Below are positions 17,503-26,374 of a DNA stretch of 32,000 nucleotides, piece after piece. Within the stretch, counting starts at the first letter, position 1. Each line of letters opens with the position of its first letter. This DNA is from Parasynechococcus marenigrum WH 8102 (lineage in GTDB: Bacteria; Cyanobacteriota; Cyanobacteriia; PCC-6307; Cyanobiaceae), in assembly GCF_000195975.1 (NCBI RefSeq), contig NC_005070.1:750001-782000 (forward strand). Reading direction: 5' to 3'. The notes under the pieces were generated by a model, which worked only from the letters and a program-made list of their open reading frames with translations, was not told where the DNA came from and did no database searches. The translations under genes and the position numbers were made by a program.

Positions 17503-18384
17503 GTGTCTCTGTTCGACTGGTTCGCTGATCGCCGCAAGGGTCAGTCCACCGGAAAGATCACCCAGGAACCCGAGGAGGGAGATGGGCTCTGGAGCAAATG
17601 CCCGGAGTGCGGCCTGGTGGTTTACGTCAAGGATCTGAAGGGCAACGCCAGTGTCTGCGCAGGCTGTGGACATCACCACCGCATCGACAGCCACGAACGC
17701 ATCGCGTTGATTGCGGATCCGGGCAGCTTTGAAGCTCTGAACGAGGCACTGGAACCGACCGATCCCCTGACCTTCAAGGATCGGCGGGCCTACGCCGATC
17801 GACTGCGGGAGAGTCAGGCGGCCACCGGTCTTCGGGATGGTGTCGTGACAGGCCTCTGTCGTGTGGATGGTCTGGCCATGGCCCTGGCGGTGATGGACTT
17901 CCGCTTCATGGGCGGATCAATGGGATCCGTTGTGGGGGAGAAGATCACCCGTCTGGTGGAGGAAGCCACCGCCCGTCGGCTGCCGCTGTTGATCGTGTGT
18001 GCATCAGGCGGTGCCCGCATGCAGGAGGGAATGCTCAGCCTCATGCAGATGGCCAAGATCTCCGGTGCTCTGGAGCGCCACCGCGAAGCGGAGCTGCTCT
18101 ACATGCCGCTGCTCACGCACCCCACCACAGGTGGCGTCACCGCCAGTTTTGCCATGCTCGGAGATCTGATCCTGGCGGAACCAAAGGCCCTGATCGGTTT
18201 CGCTGGACGGCGGGTGATCGAGCAGACGCTGCGCGAGAAGCTGCCGGACAATTTCCAGACCGCGGAGTATCTGCAGGACCACGGCTTCGTGGACACGATC
18301 GTTCCTCGGACCCAGTTGCGCAGCAGCCTTGCCAGCCTGCTCCGGTTGCATGGCTGCAGGCCCATGGAGATCACCAGCGCATGA
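17503..18384 (+). CDS. accD: Acetyl-CoA carboxylase carboxyltransferase subunit beta
   Basis: GTG start. It has the zinc finger [13 protein letters not shown]...CAGCGHHHR and the motifs [18 protein letters not shown] and SGGARMQEG. Confidence 0.95.
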
Positions 18385-18752
18385 AGGGGTTTCTCACGGC
18401 CGTCGTGCTGAGCTTGCTTCTCTGGACTTCTCCAGCCTGGGCTGGTCCCGTGGACTGGGTTGAAGTGCCCTCAAGCGAGGCTGGTCAGCAGTGGTGGGAT
18501 CGCGGCAGCATCCGCATTGATCGTGACGGCCTCCGCACGGTGCTCAGCCGGTTCACCCCGGCAGCAACGGACGATGGTCAGCAGCCCAATGGCGAGCTTT
18601 ACGTGATGCAGTTGGACTGCGCTCAGAAGCTCTATCGCGACAAGCAGGTGAACGGCATTCCACGCTTCAAGGCGGATTGGCAGGCTGCTGGAGGTGATGG
18701 CTTGATCGCGTCGGTCATTAATGCTGTCTGCCGCGAACCTCTCAACAGCTGA
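18381..18752 (+). CDS. Secreted hypothetical protein (123 aa)
   Basis: This is the in-frame 3' part of track ORF 17997..18752. ATG 18381 overlaps the accD stop (ATGA). Signal peptide [21 protein letters not shown]. Two Cys (LDCAQ...AVCRE) could form a disulfide. Confidence 0.6.
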
Positions 18753-18753
18753 T

Positions 18754-19836
18754 ATGAGCCTTCAACCGATCGGCGTGGCCGTAGCAGGCCTGGGTTTTGG
18801 CGAGAAGGTGCACTTGCCGGCACTTCAGGCCAACCCCGATCTGTGCCCAGTGGCGTTGTGGCACCCGCGCCAGGAGCGCCTGGATGCCGCCACGGCTGCC
18901 CATGGCTTGAAGGGATTCAGCGACTGGGACGCGCTGCTGGCCGATCCAGCGGTCGAGGCCGTGATCATTGCCACCCCTCCGGAACCGCGTTTTGCGCTGG
19001 CCCGCCAAGCACTGGAGGCCGGCAAGCATCTGCTGCTGGAGAAGCCGATCGCCCTGCACGCGGATCAGGCCCGGGAATTGCAGCGACTGGCGATCGCAAG
19101 GGGGGTGTCGGTCGCGGTGGATTACGAATATCGGGCGGTGCCGCTGTTCATGCAGGCCGAACGCCTGCTGCGGGCTGGGGTGATCGGGACTCCCTGGCTG
19201 GTGAAGCTGGACTGGTTGATGAGCAGCCGAGCTGACCCCAGTCGCGGCTGGAACTGGTACTCCCAGGCGTCCAAGGGGGGCGGAGTGATCGGTGCCCTGG
19301 GGACCCATGCCTTTGACATGCTCGCCTGGCTGGTGGGTCCGGTGGCTTCGGTGACGGCACTCAATGGCGTCTCCATCTGCAAGCGTCCCGACCCCCAGGG
19401 AGGAATGGCACCCGTGGATGCTGAGGACGTTGCGTTGATCCAAACCCGATTGCAGTGGCAGGGGAGCGCGGAGACATCGGTGCCAGCGCAGATCAACCTC
19501 GCGTCGGTGGCCAGGAACGGACGCGGCTGCTGGCTGGAGATCTACGGGTCGGATGGAAGTCTTGTGCTCGGCAGTGCAAATCAGAAGGACTACGTGCATG
19601 GATTTGAACTGTGTTGTTCACGGGCTGGTGAGCAACCACAGCTGATCGAGCCGGATCCCGATCTCGCCTTTGCAACCACCTGGAGCGATGGTCGTATAGC
19701 TCCGGTGGCGAGGCTTCAGAGCTGGTGGGCCGAGAGCATTCGTTCTGGCATGCCGATGATTCCCGGCCTGGCGGAGGGAGTTGCCAGCCGATTGGCTTGC
19801 GATCAAGCAGCCCAGACGGCGTCTGGTCTCGCGTAA
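18754..19836 (+). CDS. Gfo/Idh/MocA family oxidoreductase
   Basis: Track ORF 18721..19836 trimmed to ATG 18754, 1 nt after the upstream stop. It has the Rossmann motif IGVAVAGLGFGEKVHLPAL and the motifs AVIIATPPEPRF and LLLEKPIAL. Confidence 0.85.
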   Translation: MSLQPIGVAVAGLGFGEKVHLPALQANPDLCPVALWHPRQERLDAATAAHGLKGFSDWDALLADPAVEAVIIATPPEPRFALARQALEAGKHLLLEKPIALHADQARELQRLAIARGVSVAVDYEYRAVPLFMQAERLLRAGVIGTPWLVKLDWLMSSRADPSRGWNWYSQASKGGGVIGALGTHAFDMLAWLVGPVASVTALNGVSICKRPDPQGGMAPVDAEDVALIQTRLQWQGSAETSVPAQINLASVARNGRGCWLEIYGSDGSLVLGSANQKDYVHGFELCCSRAGEQPQLIEPDPDLAFATTWSDGRIAPVARLQSWWAESIRSGMPMIPGLAEGVASRLACDQAAQTASGLA

Positions 19837-19895
19837 CGCAGGGTAATATCGCCGCGATTCGTCCCTGACGACCTACCCCCCTCGAGGATTTCACC

Positions 19896-20969
19896 ATGGC
19901 GCTCGTTCCGCTTCGGCTTCTGCTCGACCACGCCGCCGAGAACGGCTACGGCATCCCTGCGTTCAACGTGAACAACCTGGAGCAGGTGCAGGCGATCATG
20001 GAAGCGGCTGACGAGACAGACAGCCCCGTGATCCTGCAGGCTTCCCGTGGCGCCCGTAACTACGCCGGTGAGATCTTCCTGCGTCACCTGATCCTGGCCG
20101 CCACTGAGACCTATCCCCACATTCCCGTGGTGATGCACCAGGACCACGGCAACGCTCCTGACACCTGCTATTCCGCTGCCATTAACGGCTTCACCTCCGT
20201 GATGATGGATGGCTCCCTGGAAGCCGACGCCAAGACTCCCGCCAGCTACGAGTACAACGTGGCAGTCACGAAGCAAGTGGTGGATTTCGCCCACTCCGTG
20301 GGTGTGAGCGTTGAAGGTGAGCTGGGCTGCCTGGGCTCCCTGGAAACCGGCAAGGGTGAAGCCGAGGACGGCCACGGTTTCGAGGGTGAACTGTCCAAGG
20401 ACATGCTCCTCACCGATCCCGCTGAAGCAGCTGACTTCGTTGCCAAGACCAAGTGCGACGCCCTGGCCATCGCCATCGGCACCAGCCACGGCGCTTACAA
20501 GTTCACCCGCAAGCCCACCGGTGAAGTGCTGGCCATCAGCCGCATCGCCGAGATCCACAAAGCCATCCCCAACACCCACCTGGTGATGCACGGCTCCTCC
20601 TCCGTTCCCCAGGAATGGCTGGAGATGATCAACAAGCACGGTGGTGCCATCCCCGAGACCTACGGCGTTCCCGTCGAGGAGATCCAGGAAGGCATCCGCA
20701 ATGGTGTGCGCAAGGTGAACATCGACACCGATAACCGCCTCGCCTTCACCGCTGCTGTGCGTGAAGCGGCCATGGCCGATCCCGCCAACTTCGACCCTCG
20801 CCACTTCAACAAGCCGGCTCGTAAGTACATGAAGCAGGTCTGCCTCGACCGCTATCAGCAGTTCTGGGCCGCCGGCAATGCCAGCAAGATCCAGCAGCAG
20901 ACCATCAACTACTACGCCGGTCTGTACGCCAAGGGTGCACTCGATCCCAAGGCCGCCGTCGCCGCTTGA
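19896..20969 (+). CDS. fbaA: Fructose-1,6-bisphosphate aldolase, class II (Calvin-cycle CbbA type)
   Basis: 357 aa. [52 protein letters not shown] and VRKVNIDTD match. Codon bias is that of a highly expressed gene. Confidence 0.95.
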   Translation: MALVPLRLLLDHAAENGYGIPAFNVNNLEQVQAIMEAADETDSPVILQASRGARNYAGEIFLRHLILAATETYPHIPVVMHQDHGNAPDTCYSAAINGFTSVMMDGSLEADAKTPASYEYNVAVTKQVVDFAHSVGVSVEGELGCLGSLETGKGEAEDGHGFEGELSKDMLLTDPAEAADFVAKTKCDALAIAIGTSHGAYKFTRKPTGEVLAISRIAEIHKAIPNTHLVMHGSSSVPQEWLEMINKHGGAIPETYGVPVEEIQEGIRNGVRKVNIDTDNRLAFTAAVREAAMADPANFDPRHFNKPARKYMKQVCLDRYQQFWAAGNASKIQQQTINYYAGLYAKGALDPKAAVAA

Positions 20970-20990
20970 TCCACACGACCCAGTGATCAG

Positions 20991-21014
20991 AGGGGGCTTC
21001 GGCCCCCTTTTTTT
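20991..21014 (+). terminator. Rho-independent terminator after fbaA
   Basis: GGGGGC (20992-20997), TTCG loop, GCCCCC (21002-21007), followed by T7 (21008-21014). It lies 22 nt after the fbaA stop and directly abuts the stop of the convergent purS-purQ-carboxypeptidase operon. Confidence 0.85.
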
Positions 21015-21017
21015 GTG

Positions 21018-21983
21018 TCAAGGCAACAGGTCCAGCAAGCCCCGGCGGCCATCGAGTCGCCCCAGTGCGCCGAGGGGGAGTGCCTGATTGGGCAGGCCAT
21101 GGCCCACTGGAAGATTGAGCACGAGGGGGACGCCTAGATCCCCCAACCGTTCCTCCAGGATCTCCTCCATGGTGAAATCCCCCGGAAGAACGTCGTCCTC
21201 GTCCCAGCTGAAGCGTCCGCAGGCGATGCCAGCAACGCTGTTAAGCAGTCCGGCGCTGCGCCATTGCGTCAGCGTTCGATCAATGCGGTAAGGAGCCTCT
21301 CCCACGTCCTCCAGCACAAGGATGGCTCCCTGCAGTGATGGCATCCAGGGGGTACCGATCAGGTGCGTTGCCACGGTGAGGTTGGACACCACCAGCGGTC
21401 CTTCGGCCACACCCGTGCGGACGCCGATCCCCTCCAGAGATTCCACGGGACGCCCACTTAACAGATCAACCGTCCGCTGCCACTGCTCGTCGGGGCCGCC
21501 GTTGGATCCATGGATCGCTCCCGGCAGGCCGGCCGCCCACTGGGCAAGAAGCAGGGAGCTGGAATCGGAAAAGCCAAGGCTCCACTTCGGGCTGCGTGGA
21601 AAACGGAAGCCGGCCTCCAGCACCCTGGCCCCGCCCCAGCCTCCCCCGAGGCTGATCACCGCCTCCAAGCCAGGGTCATGCCAGGCCTCCTGAAGTGCTG
21701 CACGGCGATCGCCATCCGTGCCGGAGAAATAGCGCCACTGACCTCTGACCTCTGTCGGGATCTCCAGCAGCCAACCCTCGGCGCTGCAGCGCTCGCGCAG
21801 GGGGGTGAGATCCCTGTCTGGATCCATCCAGGTGCCAGGGTTCACAGCCCTCAGACGGGATCCTGGCCTCAGAGGTCTGAGCCAGGCAGCCCCGCCTGGG
21901 CCGGAGGCCATGGCACGGTTGGACACCAGCGCTGCAACGGCCGCCGTCGCTCCTGAGATCAGCAGCGAGCGGCGGCTCGGCAT
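21018..21983 (-). CDS. LD-carboxypeptidase (peptidase S66) with Tat-type signal
   Basis: Twin-arginine leader MPSRRSLLISGATAAVAAL. The motifs are the nucleophile GFSDSSSLL, LEDVGEAPYRIDRTLTQW and LPVGHG. The start is 1 nt after the purQ stop. Confidence 0.8.
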   Translation of the reverse strand: MPSRRSLLISGATAAVAALVSNRAMASGPGGAAWLRPLRPGSRLRAVNPGTWMDPDRDLTPLRERCSAEGWLLEIPTEVRGQWRYFSGTDGDRRAALQEAWHDPGLEAVISLGGGWGGARVLEAGFRFPRSPKWSLGFSDSSSLLLAQWAAGLPGAIHGSNGGPDEQWQRTVDLLSGRPVESLEGIGVRTGVAEGPLVVSNLTVATHLIGTPWMPSLQGAILVLEDVGEAPYRIDRTLTQWRSAGLLNSVAGIACGRFSWDEDDVLPGDFTMEEILEERLGDLGVPLVLNLPVGHGLPNQALPLGALGRLDGRRGLLDLLP

Positions 21984-21984
21984 T

Positions 21985-22638
21985 TCAGCTCAGCAGGCCC
22001 TGCAGCAGGACGCGACCATCGGTCCCACCGGTGGCAGGGTCGCAGGCCCGCTCCGGATGGGGCATCAGTCCCAGCACGTTTCCGGAGTCGTTGGTGATGC
22101 CGGCAATGTCCGCAACCGAGCCATTTGGATTGGCTTGATAGCGCAGGGCGATGGCATCGGCATCCTGCAGTTGCTTCAGGGTGTCGTCGGAGCATTGATA
22201 GCGGCCTTCCCCATGGGCGATGGGCAGGGTGAGCGCCTTGTCTGTTCCGTAGTGCTCCAACCATGGTGTGCGGGAGCTGACCACCTGCAGCGGTGCGTCT
22301 TCACAGATGAAGTGAAGGTCCCGGTTGCGGGTCAGGGCTCCCGGCAGGAGTCCCAGTTCGGTCAGCACCTGAAATCCGTTGCAGATCCCCAGGACGCGTC
22401 CCCCTTGAGCCGCGAAGCCGAGCAGCGCCTGGAGTGCTGGGGCGAAGCGGGCAATCGCACCACAGCGGAGGTAGTCGCCGTAGCTGAAGCCCCCTGGCAG
22501 CACAACGGCATCGAGGCCGCTCAGATCCGTTTCCTCATGCCATATCCGCCGGGTGGGCATGCCGAGGCATCCTTCTGTCGCCCACTGCACATCACGGTCG
22601 CAGTTGGAGCCGGGAAAGACAAGGACGCCGATGCTCAT
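21985..22638 (-). CDS. purQ: Phosphoribosylformylglycinamidine synthase, glutaminase subunit
   Basis: [35 protein letters not shown] (catalytic Cys) and MPHPER match. 217 aa. Confidence 0.95.
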   Translation of the reverse strand: MSIGVLVFPGSNCDRDVQWATEGCLGMPTRRIWHEETDLSGLDAVVLPGGFSYGDYLRCGAIARFAPALQALLGFAAQGGRVLGICNGFQVLTELGLLPGALTRNRDLHFICEDAPLQVVSSRTPWLEHYGTDKALTLPIAHGEGRYQCSDDTLKQLQDADAIALRYQANPNGSVADIAGITNDSGNVLGLMPHPERACDPATGGTDGRVLLQGLLS

Positions 22639-22895
22639 GAGTCCTGCAGCTCCAGGGACCAGTCTTCGATCACTGGATTGGCCAGAAGGCGGTCGCTTAA
22701 GACTTCCAGCCGGCGACGAGCCTCCTCGGCATCAGGGGCTTCCACTTCCAGCTCGACGGCCTTGCCGATCCGCAGCTTGCTGATGCCCTCCACCCCCAGG
22801 CGCTCAGCAGCGCCACGGGTGGCTTCACCGGCAGGATCGAGCACGGAGGGGCGCAGGCGCACAAGGACGCGGGCTTGATAACGCGGCACGGTCAC
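22635..22895 (-). CDS. purS: Phosphoribosylformylglycinamidine synthase subunit PurS
   Basis: 86 aa with [15 protein letters not shown]...LANPVIEDW. It has a 4-nt overlap with the purQ start. Confidence 0.9.
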   Translation of the reverse strand: MTVPRYQARVLVRLRPSVLDPAGEATRGAAERLGVEGISKLRIGKAVELEVEAPDAEEARRRLEVLSDRLLANPVIEDWSLELQDS

Positions 22896-22969
22896 CAGCA
22901 GGGCTGCTCAAATCCTGCCAGACCGGTTCTGAGCAGGGATCAGGACGCCCGTTTGAACGCGGTTCAGAC

Positions 22970-23308
22970 TTGGTGAACGAGCGCGAGTGGTTGGCGATGT
23001 CGGTTTTCACTTTTCGATGCTTCATCTGCGGCGCGGCTGTGGAGATTCCGGGGCGCTTCGGCTTCAAATTGAAAAGTTCCGGTGCCGGCAGGCTGCTCTG
23101 CCAACGATGCCGGCAGAGCAGTTTTCTGAAGGCGAGGCGGGAACAACTTGATCAGGCCATTGAGGCTGAGATCCAGCGGGTGCGGTGGGTTCCTGCCGCG
23201 GCGGTTGCGCTGGCATTGACCCTGGCCATCAGCCTCGTGTGGTGGCACCAGGCGCAACAGAACCGTCCTCAGGACTCTTTGCCGGAGCGGGTCTCGTCTT
23301 CGAGGTAG
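22970..23308 (+). CDS. Hypothetical zinc-ribbon + single-TM protein
   Basis: TTG 22970, or ATG 22997 (MSVFTFRCFICGAAVEIPG...). It has a CxxC...CxxC pair (CFIC / CQRC) followed by the TM helix VPAAAVALALTLAISLVWW. The last 40 nt overlap the convergent MscS gene. Confidence 0.4.
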   Translation: MVNEREWLAMSVFTFRCFICGAAVEIPGRFGFKLKSSGAGRLLCQRCRQSSFLKARREQLDQAIEAEIQRVRWVPAAAVALALTLAISLVWWHQAQQNRPQDSLPERVSSSR

Positions 23309-24291
23309 AGGGTCTGGCTCGGGAAGGCGAAATCGATCCCTTGTTGGGCAAAGGCTTCCATGATCCCCAGATTGATGGCCTGCTGAGCATTCAGCGCCGT
23401 GGTGTAATCCCTGGTGTCGATGTAATACACCAGCTCAAAGTTCAGGCTGGAGTCACCGAATTCGGTGAAGTGGCAGCGACTGAAGTTGGTGTTGTCGACC
23501 GCATTGATCACCTCTTCCACCATGGCTGGAATGGCTTTCATCTGATCCACTGTGGTGCTGTAGGTGACACCGAGTGAATAGATCATTCGCCGCGTGTTCA
23601 TGTCGGCAAAATTCAGAATCGTGCTGTTGGTGAGGGCGGAATTGTTCATCACCACGATTTCCCCTCTCAGGCTGCGCAGGTGGGTGGAGCGAACACCAAT
23701 CCGTTCCACCGTGGCCCAGGTTGAGCCGACGTTGATGAACTGCCCCACCGTGAATGGCTTATCCAGCAGGATCATCAGGTATGCGAACAATTCCTGGGCA
23801 GGATCTTTTAGGGCCAAGCCAATCCCGATGCCACCAGCGCTGAGCAGTGCCCAGATGGCAGCAAGTTTCACCCCCAGGCTCTGAAACAGCACGAGTGCAC
23901 CGATCATCCAGATCAACGCCTTGATCAGGGGTTGCAAGCTGATGAACAGTTGTTGAAGGTCATCTCCGCTGCGATGGGCAACACCCTGCAGAAAGCGAAT
24001 CCCAACGCGATTGGCGAATCGGACGATGACAACCGTGCCGAAGATCCGCAGCAGGACGTCGTAGGCCCGTTGAACGTCGTTGCTGAGTCCGAGGTCGCTC
24101 TGAATCAACAACAGGACAACGACGGCTCCAAATGGAAGAATCGACTCTGACAAGGTGCGGAGAACAAAGTCGTCAAAGTCGCCAGGTGTTTTTCGCGTGA
24201 GCTTCGGAAAAACATTGCGAAGCAGGAATGACACCAGCAGCGTGATGGTCGTTCCCACAGCAATGTGGGTCAGAAGTTGAGTCAGGTTCAA
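23269..24291 (-). CDS. Small-conductance mechanosensitive channel (MscS family)
   Basis: 340 aa with a TTG start. It has three N-terminal TM helices, then the MscS core GIGLALKDPAQELFAYLMILLDKPFTVGQFINVG...VERIGVRSTHLRSLRGEIVVMNNSALTNSTILNF. Codon third positions are noticeably more A/T-rich than in core neighbours. Confidence 0.85.
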   Translation of the reverse strand: MNLTQLLTHIAVGTTITLLVSFLLRNVFPKLTRKTPGDFDDFVLRTLSESILPFGAVVVLLLIQSDLGLSNDVQRAYDVLLRIFGTVVIVRFANRVGIRFLQGVAHRSGDDLQQLFISLQPLIKALIWMIGALVLFQSLGVKLAAIWALLSAGGIGIGLALKDPAQELFAYLMILLDKPFTVGQFINVGSTWATVERIGVRSTHLRSLRGEIVVMNNSALTNSTILNFADMNTRRMIYSLGVTYSTTVDQMKAIPAMVEEVINAVDNTNFSRCHFTEFGDSSLNFELVYYIDTRDYTTALNAQQAINLGIMEAFAQQGIDFAFPSQTLYLEDETRSGKES

Positions 24292-24346
24292 GCTGATCGT
24301 TACTCGTCAAGTAATTCTGAGGGGTTGGCCATGGTTGGCAATGTTT

Positions 24347-24964
24347 TCAGCGTCGTCTGAGAACCAGCGTGGTGTTGTTCGCAGGCATGGCGTGACGACC
24401 AACGAGATTCATCGGGCGATGGGTGAGCAGGTCATCGATCCAGTCCAGATCCCTCAATCCCCAGCGAGGGTCGCGTTGCCGCAAGGAGGCGTCAAAGGCC
24501 GCATTGCTGGCACTGGTGTGACAGCCGTTGTGGCAAAAGGGTCCATAGATGATCAGCAGGCCATCCTTTGGAAGGCGGTCGCAGGCTTCCTGCAACAGCG
24601 CTTCCGTGCAGGTGGCTGGGCTGATGTGCAGCAGGTTGATGCACACCATGGCCTTCAGATCCTCCACAACAGCGGCTGGGAGGGGCCAAGGGCGCTGCTC
24701 GACATCCAGATCCAGGGCATCAGGCATCACGCCAGCCAGTTCGGCGTGGCGGATCCAGGCGTTGATGCTGGCCCGGTGGTCGGGGTCCGGATCACTGGCC
24801 TGCCACAGCAGTTGAGGGAAGCGTCGTTGAAAGGTGATGGCATGTTCACCACTGCCGCTCGCGATCTCGAGCACTGAACCATCCGCAGGCAGCATCGTTT
24901 CGAGCAGATCACCGATCGGCCCTCGGTTGCTTTCCGTGGCGGGGAAGAGCAGGCGTTGGTCCAT
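24347..24964 (-). CDS. DUF938 (METTL26-like) SAM-methyltransferase-fold protein
   Basis: ATESNRGPIGDLL, VLEIASGSGEHAITF, LLWQASDPD, INLLHISP, IYGPFCHNGCHTSASNAAFDASLRQRDPRWGLRDL and MPANNTTLVLRR match the DUF938 pattern as I remember it. The ATG is 9 nt after the arsR stop. Confidence 0.75.
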   Translation of the reverse strand: MDQRLLFPATESNRGPIGDLLETMLPADGSVLEIASGSGEHAITFQRRFPQLLWQASDPDPDHRASINAWIRHAELAGVMPDALDLDVEQRPWPLPAAVVEDLKAMVCINLLHISPATCTEALLQEACDRLPKDGLLIIYGPFCHNGCHTSASNAAFDASLRQRDPRWGLRDLDWIDDLLTHRPMNLVGRHAMPANNTTLVLRRR

Positions 24965-24973
24965 GGATGCAGA

Positions 24974-25288
24974 TCAGTCGGAACAGAGAGGGGCGCTTCT
25001 TGAGCAGTGCTGACGCAGGGCGGCCAACCAGTCCTCCAATGCGGAGAGGGCATCAGGCTGCAAGCGGTAATAGGTCCAGCGGCCGCTGTGCCGGTCAGTC
25101 AGCAGCCCGCAATCCCTCAACACGCGCAGGTGAAAAGACAAGCGCGATTGGGTGATTCCGAGATCCGCGGTGAGATCACAGACGCAACGCTCGCCCTCGG
25201 CCAGGGCGTGGATCACGTCAAGACGAGTGGGGTCTGCAAGAGCCTTCAGGGTTTGCCGGGATTGCTCTGTGGTGAGGGTGTTCTGCAT
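24974..25288 (-). CDS. arsR: ArsR/SmtB-family metalloid-responsive repressor
   Basis: Track ORF 24974..25501 trimmed to ATG 25288 (MQNTLTTEQSRQTLKALADPTRLDVIHALAEGERCVCDLTADLGITQSRLSFHLRVLRDCGLL). The CVC site of As(III)-sensing ArsR is present. There is an extra C-terminal pair of Cys (HCSRSAPLC). Confidence 0.88.
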   Translation of the reverse strand: MQNTLTTEQSRQTLKALADPTRLDVIHALAEGERCVCDLTADLGITQSRLSFHLRVLRDCGLLTDRHSGRWTYYRLQPDALSALEDWLAALRQHCSRSAPLCSD

Positions 25289-25319
25289 CACCTGAGCGGC
25301 TTTCCATGACCTGTTTAGA

Positions 25320-25336
25320 TCAACATAATTTGATGA
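25320..25336. promoter_or_regulatory. Candidate ArsR operator / gap-arsJ promoter core
   Basis: TCAACATAATTTGATGA is an imperfect inverted repeat (12 of 17 positions self-complementary) in the 63-nt divergent arsR<>gap spacer. It embeds a -10-like CATAAT (25324-25329). Confidence 0.35.
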
Positions 25337-25351
25337 GTTATGGGTCGCAGC

Positions 25352-26374
25352 ATGCGCATTGGTATCAACGGCTTCGGGCGGATCGGACGCCTCGTGTTCC
25401 GAGCGCTCTGGGGGCGGCCCGGCATCGAGCTGGTGCATGTGAATGACCCCGCGGGCGACGCTGCAACGGCCGCCCATCTGCTGGAGTTTGATTCCGTTCA
25501 CGGTCGCTGGGATCGCGGCATCAGCAGTGATGCGGACGGTTTCTCCGTGGAGGGATCACCACTGACCTGGTCGAGCGAGAAAGACCCCACAGCAGTGCCC
25601 TGGACAGCGCGCGGGGTGGAAATGGTGCTCGAGGCCAGCGGCAAGATCAAAACACCCGAGACCCTCAGTCCCTATTTCGAGCAGGTGGGGCTGAAACGGG
25701 TGGTGGTGGCCTGTCCGGTGAAGGGTGATGTGGCCGGCGAGGAGGCACTCAACATCGTTTACGGCATCAATCACGACCTTTATGAGCCAGACCGGCACAA
25801 GTTGGTGACGGCCGCTTCGTGCACCACCAACTGCCTCGCTCCCGTGGTGAAGGTTGTGCACGAGAGCTTCGGCATCGAGCACGGAATGATCACCACCATT
25901 CACGACATCACCAACACCCAGGTGCCGATCGATGCCTTCAAGAGCGATCTGCGCCGGGCCCGCTCCGGCCTCACATCCCTGATCCCGACCACCACGGGCT
26001 CCGCCAAGGCAATCGCCATGATTTTCCCTGAGCTCAAGGGCAAACTCAACGGCCATGCCGTGCGGGTACCACTCCTGAATGGATCGCTCACCGATGCGGT
26101 GTTCGAGCTCAAGCAGAGCGTCACGGTGGAACAGGTGAATGATGCGTTCAAGGCCGCCTCAGAGGGCGCGCTGAAGGGAATCCTGGGCTACGAAGAGCGC
26201 CCCTTGGTGTCGTGCGATTACACCAACGACAACCGCAGTTCGATCATCGATGCCCTCTCGACGATGGTGGTCGACGACAACCAGTTGAAAGTGTTCGCCT
26301 GGTACGACAACGAATGGGGCTACAGCTGCCGGATGGCTGACCTCACCTGTCACGTGGTGGGGCTGGACGCGTGA
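25352..26374 (+). CDS. ArsJ-associated glyceraldehyde-3-phosphate dehydrogenase
   Basis: Track ORF 25340..26374, with ATG 25352 ([13 protein letters not shown]) preferred. It has the catalytic [10 protein letters not shown] and the WYDNEWGY motif. The stop overlaps the GTG of arsJ (GTGA). Confidence 0.88.
   Translation: MRIGINGFGRIGRLVFRALWGRPGIELVHVNDPAGDAATAAHLLEFDSVHGRWDRGISSDADGFSVEGSPLTWSSEKDPTAVPWTARGVEMVLEASGKIKTPETLSPYFEQVGLKRVVVACPVKGDVAGEEALNIVYGINHDLYEPDRHKLVTAASCTTNCLAPVVKVVHESFGIEHGMITTIHDITNTQVPIDAFKSDLRRARSGLTSLIPTTTGSAKAIAMIFPELKGKLNGHAVRVPLLNGSLTDAVFELKQSVTVEQVNDAFKAASEGALKGILGYEERPLVSCDYTNDNRSSIIDALSTMVVDDNQLKVFAWYDNEWGYSCRMADLTCHVVGLDA

Noticed and set aside
16585-17694. 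369-aa minus-strand ORF
   Set aside because: It is antisense to the prepilin peptidase and the start of accD. It is Pro/Gln/Arg-rich low-complexity sequence with no domain.
19803-20804. 333-aa minus-strand ORF
   Set aside because: It is antisense to class II fbaA. It is Gly/Val/His-rich with no motifs.
21805-22878. 357-aa plus-strand ORF
   Set aside because: It is antisense to the LD-carboxypeptidase, purQ and purS, which are all clearly real.
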